Below are positions 12,513-23,987 of a stretch of 64,000 nucleotides of DNA, one piece after another. Each line of letters starts with the position of its first letter. Positions within the stretch are counted from its first letter, which is position 1. Source of the DNA: Octopus vulgaris (taxonomy: Eukaryota); the NCBI GenBank assembly GCA_951406725.2, contig OX597822.1:47740001-47804000 (forward strand), in the 5' to 3' direction. The notes beneath the pieces were generated by a model. It saw only the letters and a program-made list of their open reading frames with translations, did not search any database and had not been told where the DNA came from. The position numbers and the translations under genes were made by a program.

Positions 12513-15153
12513 TCTCGTTCATTTGACTGCACCACCTTTAAGAGCTTTAGTTAATTAAATTGACCCCACTCCCCAATACTTTTTACCTCCCCCATTACTG
12601 AATGCCTATGTGCACCCTTTCTTACGCGTCTTTGTTGAGTGTTACTCCCATTTTGGGAGTGTTTACCTCAAGTAATTGACACATATCTATTTACACCAGA
12701 ATGCACCAACACAGGCGCGGGATACACTTTAGCGACATCAAATCGAAGAACGGTCTTCGTCGTGTATTACAATTGAATTCACATGAAATGATGTATTGTT
12801 TATTTTGTAGCAGTGAAACCCTATGAGGGGGAGCACGCATGCAGAATAGTAAGTAAATTTGGGCTCCACAGTAGTTATACATATATTAAGGGCTCCATGA
12901 AAAAATGCTGCTTTGCAAGAAACGGCTGCGTTTCTTTTTCTAAGTGTGATAAGCACAGTGATTTTGGAAGAAATATCAATAAAATTAGTTTTCAAACTTC
13001 GAATGGCTATGGGGTTCTTACCAGAGTAAAATATTAATCAATGTGGTTGGGAAGCAAGCTTCATACCACACAGCCACGCCTACGCCTACCGTATCAACGA
13101 TTCTAGTCTGCCGCCGGAACACTACCGAGCGTCTTAATCTTCCTCAATCATTATCGTTAAATACGTTTTTTAGACTTTATAGCCCAGATCAAAACGTCAT
13201 ATCAGATTAATGTGTGGATCCGGTCCTTGTTGACGGGCCAATGATATTAAACTGATTTTTAGAACGAGGTGAAGAATTAGAGACTACCTCCTTTGCGACG
13301 AGTTGGCCTAGTATTGCAGCATTTACTGGATTTTGCCCATCTTTGAGAATGGCTTTGCGGTTAAGAAGTTCGCTTTGCGCGGCACTATGTACGTGTCTTC
13401 TACTATAAGCCCAGGCCGGCCAGCGAATTTTTTTTTCCTACGAGTGTTCCGGACCCTAGTTTTGAACTCATTTGCATACAACCAATCAGAGCTCAACTAT
13501 CAAACTAAGTTATGGGTGCATAACAAGTAATAAGGTCACTTGGGTTAGGAGTGACCATGCTTCTTTTCTCTTTTAAGAATGCTTGTTGTTCTTGTTTCAA
13601 ACATGGCTTACTTTGTAAAAAAAGTAAGGGGAGAGCGTTGCTAGCACATCACCTTCTACCCACGTTTATCCCATCCTCATCTTTACTATATAGGGCCCTA
13701 ACAAAATCCGATAATAGGTATAGATGCAAATCTAATTACTTGTCTCCTTCTAAAATCAGGCATAACTTGGCGATCGGTCACTTACAACACCATTCTTCGT
13801 CTTGAGTTTACTTGGTAGAGTGTGTTTTTAGCTTGTCAACAAGGTCAAGGTGAGCTCTGATTGGCTGTATGCAAATGAGTTCATTACTGGGCTCCCGGAC
13901 TCTCGTGGGGAAAAAAATTGCGGCCGGCCATTGCCTTGTGAATGGATTTGGTAGGTGAAGGCCTATTGTGTAAGTGTATTTGCATTTGTTCCCCACTCTT
14001 TCCACTCCTCATAACCGGCAATGGTTTGTTTACGTCTCCCTAATTTTCGGCTAAAGGAATCGATAGAATAAGTACCATACTTCAAAATAGAAAAATCATA
14101 AGTACTGGGGTCGTTCGGGTAAAACCCTTCAAGGCACTGCCCCAGCATGTCCGAGTTCAATTGCTGCAACAAACTAACGACATAAGGTAAAAGACTCCAC
14201 CAACAACATTATTCACGTTTACGAGACCAGGATGAGGGGCAGGGCGGGGACAGTTCAGTTTTCTAAATTTGAATTTCATAATTGGATTTTGGGGGTTCGC
14301 TAAGAAAAATCTGGGTTCTTTTGGACGAAGGTCAGACCTGCCTGATCGACAAACCTATGATCAAAAGTAGTCCAGTCGCGACTCTCCTGTCTTTTCTTCT
14401 TCCTCCTTTTATTTTTCTTTCTCTTATGTCCTTATTGAACCACAGTGGAGTGTACTTGAGCAAGATTTGACTGCCATTTTCAGAAATTCGAGCGAGCTTG
14501 CAGAGGCTTCCTGTTTATTCTTCTTGGCTGCGATGGTGACGTTAACGATACTGATGCTGCTTACGACGACGAGACGACGACGACATACGACGACATACGA
14601 CGATGGTGGTGGAGGAGGTTGCGGGGATGGTGGTGGTTGTGGTGATTACGCTGTTTTGCTTTTACTCCCGATCCACAAGTACTTTAATTCACCTAGAAGG
14701 TCGTTGCAGCCAATGGGACGCTTAGAAACCAGGCACCAATATCCTGGATATATATCATAATTTGTGTTCTGCTAGTTGTTGTTGGTAATGATAATCATGA
14801 TACGGTAGGATGTCGAAGTGATGACATATAAGGGTGTTATCGATGATGATGATGATATGAATGTTGTGGTCGTGATGATGGTGGTAGGAGAGAATTCGAC
14901 GTATGAAATATATTGGCGATGACGCTCCTGGTGTTGTATGTATTTATGCTTACGTGTGTGTTTGTGTGCGCGAGCCCGTGCGTGTGTGCGCGCGCAAGCG
15001 ATTAGCTAAATAACACCGAACACAAGATGATAAATCAATTTATATCGATTTCTAAACACCCTCCTTCCTACTTTCCCCCTGAGAGTAGCACGAAAATAAC
15101 TCGATCTGTAGCATTAATGTTCGTATGTAGCTGAACAAACACACCAATGCTTG

Positions 15154-15187
<34 letters not shown>

Positions 15188-15729
15188 TATATATAGTTAT
15201 TAGTGTGCAAACGCTTATGAATACATATCGTGTGTGTGTGTGTGTGTGTAATATATATTCTTGCATATGTATGCATATGAATTTAAATATTCATACATAT
15301 TAATATTTATATAATTATATGCTAAAGTGAGTGAGCGAGAGCAAAAAGGAGAAAGAGTGAGTAAATTTAAGACGTTACCAGACAACAAGGTTTTTTTCTT
15401 CTTTCGTACACTGCTAGTAACACAGTGCTGTGTCCAAAGACGGCACTAACTCGGAAATGATCCAAGTCACCTGGCCGTAACTAGATGGCACAGCTTAGTA
15501 ACAACCCACCTATAAAATTGACCATTGTTTTTGAGCTCTCTACCCCCTCTTCTATAAGCAATATAGATTAAGCAGGGATGGCAAGAGCCAAGGAAACCTA
15601 CTACTTTCATGCTCTCCAACCCGGTAAGTTTTTCCATGCTTTTCTGTACAGCATCGTAGATTATAGGGCTCCCTAATATTCTAGTGAGTTTTCTACGAAT
15701 GTTCACGTACATAGTATTTCAAATTTTTT

Positions 15730-15927
15730 CACCAGGGCAGCTTGGCTGGGGGGGAGGGATGAGTCAATTACATCGACCCAGTAATTAACTGGTACTTATT
15801 TTATCGACCCCGAAAGGATGAAAGGCAAAGTCGACCTCGGCGGAATTTGAACTCAGAGCGTAGCGACAGGCGAAATACCGCTAAGCATTTCGTCCAGCGT
15901 GCTAATGATTCTGCCAGCTCGCCGCCG
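15730..15927 (-). mobile_element. Family B (Meta-domain) SINE, near full length
   Basis: ACTGGTACTTATTTTATCGACCCCGAAAGGATGAAAGGCAAAGTCGACCTCGGCGGAATTTGAACTCAG...GCCAGCTCGCCGCC. Confidence 0.88.
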
Positions 15928-17244
15928 ATGTTTACCTACATATTAATGTGACTGGTTAGAAGGCTCTTGGCTTAGTGGTCATGATCATAAGATTTATGAG
16001 CAATGCTCTTCATTTCACGTTGCCCAAGTCTATTGGGCTGCAAACATGTCCTAGCGAAAGCTGCAATGTTAACCCTGTAACAGAAGGTTGTCCCGTTCAG
16101 TAGTAAGTGTTATAACCTCGGTCACTTACACGCTATGTAAACCAGGTTAATTCTCGACCTTGCGAATCTTTGAGTCATAACAGACAGACCTTGCAGGTCT
16201 GAGTATTGTGCTTACGATCGTTAGTGTTTTCCATCTCCGAAGCGGGTGAGGCGTTGAGTTCTTGAGCAAAACATTTCATTTCACGTTGCTGCGATCCGTT
16301 CAGCAGTGAGTGTGTTCCAGCAATAGCTGGGAAATTAACCCTGCGACCAACCGGCATCCCATTCAGGAATATTCTAGCATCAGTCATTCACACGCCATGG
16401 AAACTGGGTCAGTGTTAGAATATTTGATAAGTGTGATAATTCTGTAAGTACTTGAATTCATTAGTTTCATAATAGAAAGCAGATATCCAAGTTAGGTGCA
16501 GGCTATGTAAAAGGAGACTGTATTGTTGGAATAGTTATATTAATGAAATGAACTTTGAATATTTGCAGCACAGTAGCAAAGCTTTACAAGAAGAAAAAAG
16601 AAAATAGGGAAATAAAATAAAAGTTAAAAAATGATTTAAAAATAATAACTGAAGTTCTTTTTAGAAAGATAATCAATTCTGCCTCAGTGCACAAGCGCAC
16701 ATACATACTTATGGTTTTTCCATGGGCATTTTTTGGCCTGGCAGAATTCATCAGGTTCACTGACCAGCATACGAAACTCTTGAGGCTGAATCAAAGTGTC
16801 ATTAAATAATACGCACGCGCGTGCGTGCGTGTGTGTGTTATATGTATTATACTGAAATACTGAAGTAGCGGCATTCCTTGAGATCTCAGACCTCATGTTT
16901 AGATGGATCAGTACGACAGTGAAGGTTTTTAAGTATAAGGCTCTTCTCAGATGTACGTCGATCGCATCTTTGATTTCCCTTCTTTTATGTTATAGGTCAC
17001 ACAATGATCTTTCTTGAAATCCCTTACTTTTTTTATTTTTAGGTACCGGACATAACATGATAATTTCTTTACATTCTTTTCTATGCACCTGAAGGAAGAA
17101 TATTTGTCTAGCTGTCTCCCTCACACACACACTGTTTTGTAGCAGTTGTTAAACCAGTAATCAATGAATAGGTGTGGATTCGGTACAAAACCATATTCCG
17201 TACATCACGAGTGTGCTTTGTTCCCAAATCTCTCTAATGAATGT

Positions 17245-17630
17245 TATCTTTCTTGTTTCATTCATTGGATTGCGGCCATACTAGGACACCGCCTTCAAAG
17301 GTTTAGTCTAAGAAATCAACTCCAAAGTCTGGTGTTTATTCTGTTGGTCAGTTTTGCCGAACCGCTACCTTACGGGTACGTAAATAACTAACACCTACTG
17401 TCCAGCATTGTGATGGAGGGGGGCAGACGCGCACACACACGCGCACACATATGCACAAATACACACATATATGTATGTATATTTATACGACGGGTTCCAC
17501 GCCGTTTCCCTCTACCGTGTTCACTCACAAGGCATTGGTTGGCCTGAGGCTATGGTAGAAGACAGCTGTGCAAGTTTCCACGCAGTGGACCTACACCCGA
17601 AACCACATGGTTGCAAGGCGAGTTTCTTAA
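17245..17630 (-). mobile_element. Family A SINE, diverged
   Basis: Colinear similarity to the reverse complement of 43504-43915. Confidence 0.75.
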
Positions 17631-17735
17631 TAGTAAACCGTTTGCGCGCGCGTTTCCTCTATGCACGGTCAAACCGCTGGATCAATCTGTACCAAATTTG
17701 GCATGAAAGATTTTTATTACTCTGGGAAGGTTCTA

Positions 17736-17792
<57 letters not shown>

Positions 17793-17853
17793 GTTGTCAT
17801 AGTAAAACTCGGAGTTTCGGATACCGGGGTTGAAGTCTGCTAGATAGCGCTTT

Positions 17854-17924
17854 GTCTTAATAACTGATGAGATGCGTGAGCAGACTTCAGCCCCGGCATC
17901 CGAAACTCTGAGTTTTATTAAAAC
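17854..17924 (+). ncRNA. Type-I hammerhead ribozyme motif in a Penelope-like remnant
   Basis: Stem I GTCTTAATAA/TTATTAAAAC (9 of 10 paired); core CTGATGA 17864-17870; stem II GATGC/GCATC; GAAA 17902-17905; palindromic stem III ACTC-T-GAGT; cleavage triplet GUU. (TA)n tracts on both sides. Confidence 0.8.
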
Positions 17925-18019
17925 AACCAACTAATTGTCACATATTATATTTATAGATAAATTCCTCTAAATTATATAATATCGAGGTCTCATTCATTCA
18001 TTTGTTGTCATATTATTAT

Positions 18020-18079
<60 letters not shown>

Positions 18080-18115
18080 GTAATCCTTTTCCTGAAATTA
18101 AAATGCGCTTCTTAT

Positions 18116-18205
18116 TCGTGGCTCTGATGAAGCTGTATGGTTTTATTCACGCACTCAACTATGAGAACACTGCATCTTATATCAGAAACAGCTGTAAGCC
18201 TATGA
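18116..18205 (+). ncRNA. Minimal type-I hammerhead ribozyme motif (Penelope type)
   Basis: Stem I GGCT/AGCC, extendable with TCGT/ATGA; CTGATGA 18124-18130; weak long stem II; GAAA 18185-18188; palindromic stem III ACAGCTGT; cleavage triplet GUA. Confidence 0.75.
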
Positions 18206-18751
18206 AATTCATAAGATAATCGTTTATTCCTTTATTATCTACTTTTCTTATATATATCTGTGTGTGTGTGTGTGTGTGTTGAGAGAGAGATAGCATGCGA
18301 ACCAGGCGCGCGCTCACACACACACATGTAGCGTATAGGTGCCGTGCAACCAGTTATGGTAAATTAAGCATTCTGGAAACAGAGCAATGTTTATTGATCG
18401 TAGGCAATATGAACTGAAAATGCACTTTAGCATTCTCTGTGTGTGTGTGTTTGTACGTGTGAATGGAAAGCAGGGTGAATTATTATCCATTTTAGTAGCG
18501 AGAAGAGATCAGCAACTTAAATATAATTCACTTTGGGATTTTAAATTCTCATACTGATGGCATTAATGTTGATAATATTACGGGTTTCGGTAGGGGTGCG
18601 GGGGTGGGGTGAAATGAAACATTTCTGACGTAAGAAGGGTGTTAAATCAAGCAATATTTATAACTTCACACACACACACACACACGCGCGCGCGCGCACA
18701 CACATACACAAACACGCACACACATAAAAGGATAAAAGTAGAATTAGGCAA

Positions 18752-18752
18752 A

Positions 18753-18830
<78 letters not shown>

Positions 18831-19210
18831 GAGCGGGTAAAATTGCCGAGATCCATGGACGAGTTCTCTCCAGCGGTCTTTGTCCCTCATCATCGCTACC
18901 ATGTCCTGTGTCTCCCAGAGACCAGTGTCTGTTCTGAGGGCATCAACATATGCCATCCTAGATCTCCCTCTTTTAGTGTGTCTATGCAGGGGCTGCCACA
19001 GGAGCACTGAGTGCAGTATCAACTCTGAATGATTGTGAGCATGTCCAGCTAATCTCAGTCGCCTCTGTGTTATTTCCCAGCTAACTGCTTGGAGGCTCTC
19101 GTTCAGCTCTGAGTTCTTCATCCTCAGTGTATACTGATTAATGTTCATAGCCTTCCTCAGCATTCTCGTATAGCACCCATCCATCATCTGAGTAAGATTC
19201 AGTTGAATTA
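18752..19210 (-). mobile_element. 5'-truncated RTE-clade LINE: C-terminal ORF end plus (AGAC)n/(AGAT)n tail
   Basis: MDGCYTRMLRKAMNI...RRLRLAGHAHNHSEL...LLWQPLHRHTKRGRSRMAYVDALRTDTGL...MRDKDRW is the typical RTE C-terminus. The stop at 18828 is followed directly by a tetranucleotide tail. Confidence 0.88.
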
Positions 19211-19400
19211 TGAACTTAAATTGAGGAACATCAATAGGTGGGAATAATATCCACATACAACAATATTAAGTAAATGTCAAACTTGGCACATAAGTACCGG
19301 CCGAATGATATTCTTGCAGTGTAGACAATTAGACCCAGCTGAGTGGAGAAATCTGCTCTTGAGTCATTCTGACATGTGTATTATGTTAAATGTACTGTTG

Positions 19401-19595
19401 ATTCTTTTACTTGTTTCAGTCATTTGACTGTGGCCATGCTGGAGCACCGCCTTTTAGTCGAGCAAATCGTCCCCAGGGATTATTCTTTGCAAGCCTAGTA
19501 TTTATTCTATCGTACACTTTTGCCGAACCGCTATGCTACGGGTACGTAAACACACCAGCATCAGTTGTCAAGCGATGATGGAAAGATAAACACAA

Positions 19596-19651
<56 letters not shown>

Positions 19652-19980
19652 TTTTATTTCATCTATTTTTATTTCATCTAGTTTCAGCTCGCGAGCTGTG
19701 GCCCTGCTGGCGCACCGCCATTTGGTGTTACTACATAATTTTACTTCTCGAATGCTTTTTAGCAATTGACATTTGGTGCATGAGAGAGTTTGATGCAGCT
19801 GCCCTCATCTGCACCTCCTGGGCTTCTTTCAGTTTCCATCAACCATATCCACTCACAAGGCTTTGGTTGGTCCGAGGCTATAGTAGAACACACTTGCCAA
19901 AGGTTCCACGCAGTAGGACTGAACCCGGAACCATGTAGTTGGTAAGCAAACTTCTTACCACACAGCCACGCTTGTGCCTA
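19401..19980 (-). mobile_element. Family A SINE with nested 3' end of a related LINE/SINE (19651-19820)
   Basis: SINE tail from 19401 and head to 19980. The insert ends GGCGGTGCGCCAGCAGGGCCACAGCTCGCGAGCTGAAACTAGAT(GAAATAAAAATAGAT) on the minus strand. Confidence 0.8.
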
Positions 19981-20204
19981 GACTGTCCATAATATTTACG
20001 AAGGGCAGATTCCGAGACAGGTGAATGAAATATAAATGAAGAACAGTAGAGGTACACCTGTACCTCTATTACTCATATTTTATTCACCTATTATATATAT
20101 AGATATATAGCTACAGAGAGAGAGAGAGAGAGAGAAGTGTGTGTGTGTGTGTGAAGATTGTTTGAAGTGGTGTACGAATTTTGTATATTAGGAAAAAGGA
20201 GGTA

Positions 20205-20430
20205 CAGTAATCCCTCGACTATCGTGGGTGTTACGTTCCAACCCCGCCTTCAGTGATAGGTGAAAGTCCATGAAGTAGAAACTACTGTACTGTATATTTT
20301 TATTATTAGTATTTTTATAATTTGTATATATTTATTTTATCATAAATGCAAAACAACACCACGGAGGAATCGACGTGAGCTTAAATAATAAACCGCGATT
20401 GGTGAACCGCATTATAGCGACGGATTATTT
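20205..20430. mobile_element. Tigger/pogo-like MITE
   Basis: TA|CAGTAATCCCTCGACTATCG ... ATAGCGACGGATTATTT|TA: imperfect TIRs with TA TSD. Confidence 0.75.
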
Positions 20431-20498
20431 TAGTTAGAATTTTTGATAATTATTTATATAGCGCTTTCTGTTTCGGGGAATCAACAGAAATATATATA

Positions 20499-20535
<37 letters not shown>

Positions 20536-20545
20536 ACACACACAT

Positions 20546-20597
<52 letters not shown>

Positions 20598-20688
20598 GAA
20601 AATTTTGCAGCTTTAACATAATCATAGTTCTCTACCTTTGGTATTCGAGTACTATTTCCCCACCTTGTTTTGCACTTATGTGTGTGTA

Positions 20689-20756
<68 letters not shown>

Positions 20757-22694
20757 AGAGAGAGAGAGAGAAGAAAAAACAGCCTCCTGTACAGCATATG
20801 TTACAAGCATATATTTCGAATGTATTATATAACACACACACACAATGTGTAGTAGCCATATTGCGTGTGTACGTGTGTTTGTGTGTGTGTAATAACGTAT
20901 AATGAGCATAGACATTAGCTGACATTATAATGCTTCTAATATACGTCGAAAACCAGGCATTTGCTGCAAGGGAATAGTTGATTGTAATATAATTTGACTG
21001 GTACTTTATTTTATCGACCTCGAAAAGGTGAAAAGGAAAGTCGATTTCGGTGAGATTTGAGCTCAGAGCGTAGAGTGCCGGAAGAAATACCGCTAAAAAT
21101 TTTGTTTCTCGGAGAGAGAGAGAGAGAGATGGGGAGTTGATTTGAGCTGTTGTTACTTGCGAGTAAAATATATTGTTTACTAGGCGTTAGAAATTGTGCT
21201 AAAAATAAAACGGAAGTAGAGAATTATGTGCCTACGAATAAGATTTACGGATTATCTCCCCTCTTACTAAGCATAAGCGGAAATTGGATTCTGTGTGTGT
21301 GTGTGTGTATTGATAGAGAGTGAGAGAGAGAGAGATTCAACGTATGTGTGAAAAGGAGCGTATTAGCGAATTGTAATATGCTGTTGTATTGGTTATTTGT
21401 TGAGCTGAGCTGGATTAGGAGGTTGTTGCTATCTACCCCTCCCCGAGTCAGCCTTGATTGAGCAAACCTATGAGATTCCAGCGGTGACCATCTTGTATTT
21501 ATGCATTAACCGATGTGTTTTCATGGTTTTAAGACAGTAAAGGGTAGTTTTAACGGTTTTTGGCTACTATTTCTAGCCAACGGAGTGATTCAACCCAAAT
21601 TTCTTTCAGAAGGCTCCCGTCATTGTCTCTACGTTCTTACGAATGTTCTTAGGAAAGATATGAACGTCACCAAAGTTTGGTAAATTTCGATTACTTAAAA
21701 GTGGTGTGGCGGTCTTGTGACTGAAGTGTGACAACGATGTAGTGTAGAGGCAAAGAAGCCGGTAGCTTAGCTACCAACGTGATTTCTCCACATTTCTGAT
21801 CATTCTTTTATCTTATTTTACCGACAGTAACAAGGAACTTACATGTTTCTACACGAGACGTGGTCTGACGATCTGCTAGAAATATCACCCAAACGTGTCT
21901 TACATCCACACCGTCTTGAAAAGGGAAGGACATGCACGATAACGTAGTCCTAGGTACATTATGCTTTAAAAAATATAGGTATGGCTGAAGTACCTATCAT
22001 CATATGTCAGTATACACTCAGGGCCTGTAAGTCTTACAGTTGCCGTTGCACCTCTCCTTATAACTATATAAAATAATTTTTTTTAAATTGCTTTATAAAT
22101 GGGCGGAGTTAGAAGTTACACACGGAGGGAGAATACGGCAAGGGGAAGCTGTGATATTCGCACTTTTCCCAAATACTATGAACCTCATAAGAAAGGATCG
22201 AAACCTGTCTTCTATGCCGACTAGTTGCCGAATAAGCTGTTTTGTGTTTTCTATAGCGTTCGCTGCATCCTCCTAGCTACTGGTAGCAGCTTCAGACAGA
22301 TGCATTGCATACATAATTGAAGTATTTGTTGTTATTGTTTTTGGAATAGTAGTAGCAGCAGCAACACACCTAGATATATAACAAAGTATAAGGGGAGTTG
22401 CGTATATCTGGTGATATCACATATGCACTCTAGCAGCAGCAGTGGTGGTGGTTTTTTGCTGTTACCTTTATTGGCCACAAGGGGCCACATTAGAGACAAT
22501 GCGTGTAGAAAACAGAAAAAAATAAACTAGGAATAGGGAATAACGATACAAGAAAAAAAAATTAAGCAACTGAAGGAGAAGTAAAGATGTAGTAGTAGTA
22601 GTAGTATGGAGATGCTAAAACTTTCTGGGTGGAAACATGGACGTTGATTCTCTGGTTGTCATGGAAGAAGTGATTTCGCAGAGAAAGTCAGCAG

Positions 22695-22880
22695 CACTGC
22701 GTCAAGATGATACACCGGAAGTAAACAAAACTACCACATGACTGTGTCATGTGATAGCGAAATCTAGGTCACAGAAACGACGGCTCTTCCATTGTTATTA
22801 CTTCGCCTCCTCTTCCTGCTGCTGCTGTTGCAGAATCCTCGGAATGCGCGCGTTAGCAGCAAGCAAGTGCTTCAGTGAGT
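22695..22880 (+). promoter_or_regulatory. Candidate proximal promoter upstream of first coding exon 23349
   Basis: TGCGTCA (22698), overlapping ETS ACCGGAAGT (22714) and forkhead GTAAACA (22721), inverted pair of M-boxes CACATGAC-tgt-GTCATGTGA (22735-22754), and TCAGTG Inr-like at 22872. Unique, CpG-retaining sequence. Confidence 0.55.
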
Positions 22881-23231
22881 GAGTGACTTAGTGCGCTAGT
22901 GGTTGCGATCGTGATAATGGTGCTGATGACGAAAGTTATGGTGTGATATGATGCGTAGCGGTGTGTTTATCAGAGATAGATAGATGGATGGATGGATGGT
23001 TGGTTGGAGCGTGGGTGTGGGTTGCAGTGGTGGAGTGACTTCAACGTTGTTGCTGTTGCTGATTGTAAGCTCTGTAGGTGCCGGCACCGCCGACATAATT
23101 ACAGCTTTCGATACAACAAATCTCACCTCAGCTGTTCACCATAGCTACACCAGCCAGAGTCTAACATAAATCTATCGTTTTGGAAGTTCTTTTTTTTTTT
23201 CTAATCCCCGGCTCCCCCTGTGTGTGTGTGC

Positions 23232-23271
<40 letters not shown>

Positions 23272-23348
23272 CACTCCTCGACTTCGATTAAGAAAAACAA
23301 CACGGAACAACAATTCCATTCCACATCTTGTGCCTTTCTCTACAAGCG

Positions 23349-23411
23349 ATGGCTGATGTTATGATTCCCTACGGATTCAGACAAACCATGAGGAAGCTTT
23401 GGTACTCCAAG
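23349..23411 (+). CDS. Candidate first coding exon (MADVMIPYGFRQTMRKLWYSK), possibly a RalGDS/RGL-family Ral guanine nucleotide exchange factor
   Basis: Good start context GCGATGG, 21 codons of non-repetitive sequence, phase-0 donor AAG|GTTCGT, promoter motifs upstream. MRKLWYSK resembles the MKLLWQAK N-terminus of vertebrate RGL1 (recalled, not searched). The conserved WGEE exon was not found in the window. Confidence 0.62.
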
Positions 23412-23589
23412 GTTCGTTTCGTTGATTCCTTCAATTGTATCGTTCGTTGTAGTGTCCATTGGGGCGGGGTGGGGTGGCTTAACATTTTATGCGCCGTAGG
23501 TAATTCTGTTTCGTGTACACACCGCGCATGTGTATCTCTAGATTGTAATATGATATATGATATGATATAGTGTAACGTAATATCCACTA

Positions 23590-23673
23590 GATATATATGT
23601 GTGTGTGTGTGTGTGTGTTATATTTGAGACAAATTTTGTGTGTACGTACACACACAATGTATGTATTTGTTTT

Positions 23674-23705
<32 letters not shown>

Positions 23706-23870
23706 CATATATATGTATGTATGTGTGTGTATATATATATATATGTATGTGTGTGTGTGAGTGTATATATATGTGTGTGTATGTATGTATGTGTGTGTAT
23801 ATATATGTGTGTGTGTGTGTATATATATATGTATGTATGTGTGTGTATATATATATATATGTATGTATAT

Positions 23871-23964
<94 letters not shown>

Positions 23965-23987
23965 GTGTGTGTGTGTGTGTATATATA
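23590..23987. repeat. Compound (TA)/(TG)/(TATG) microsatellite
   Basis: Direct reading. Confidence 0.95.
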
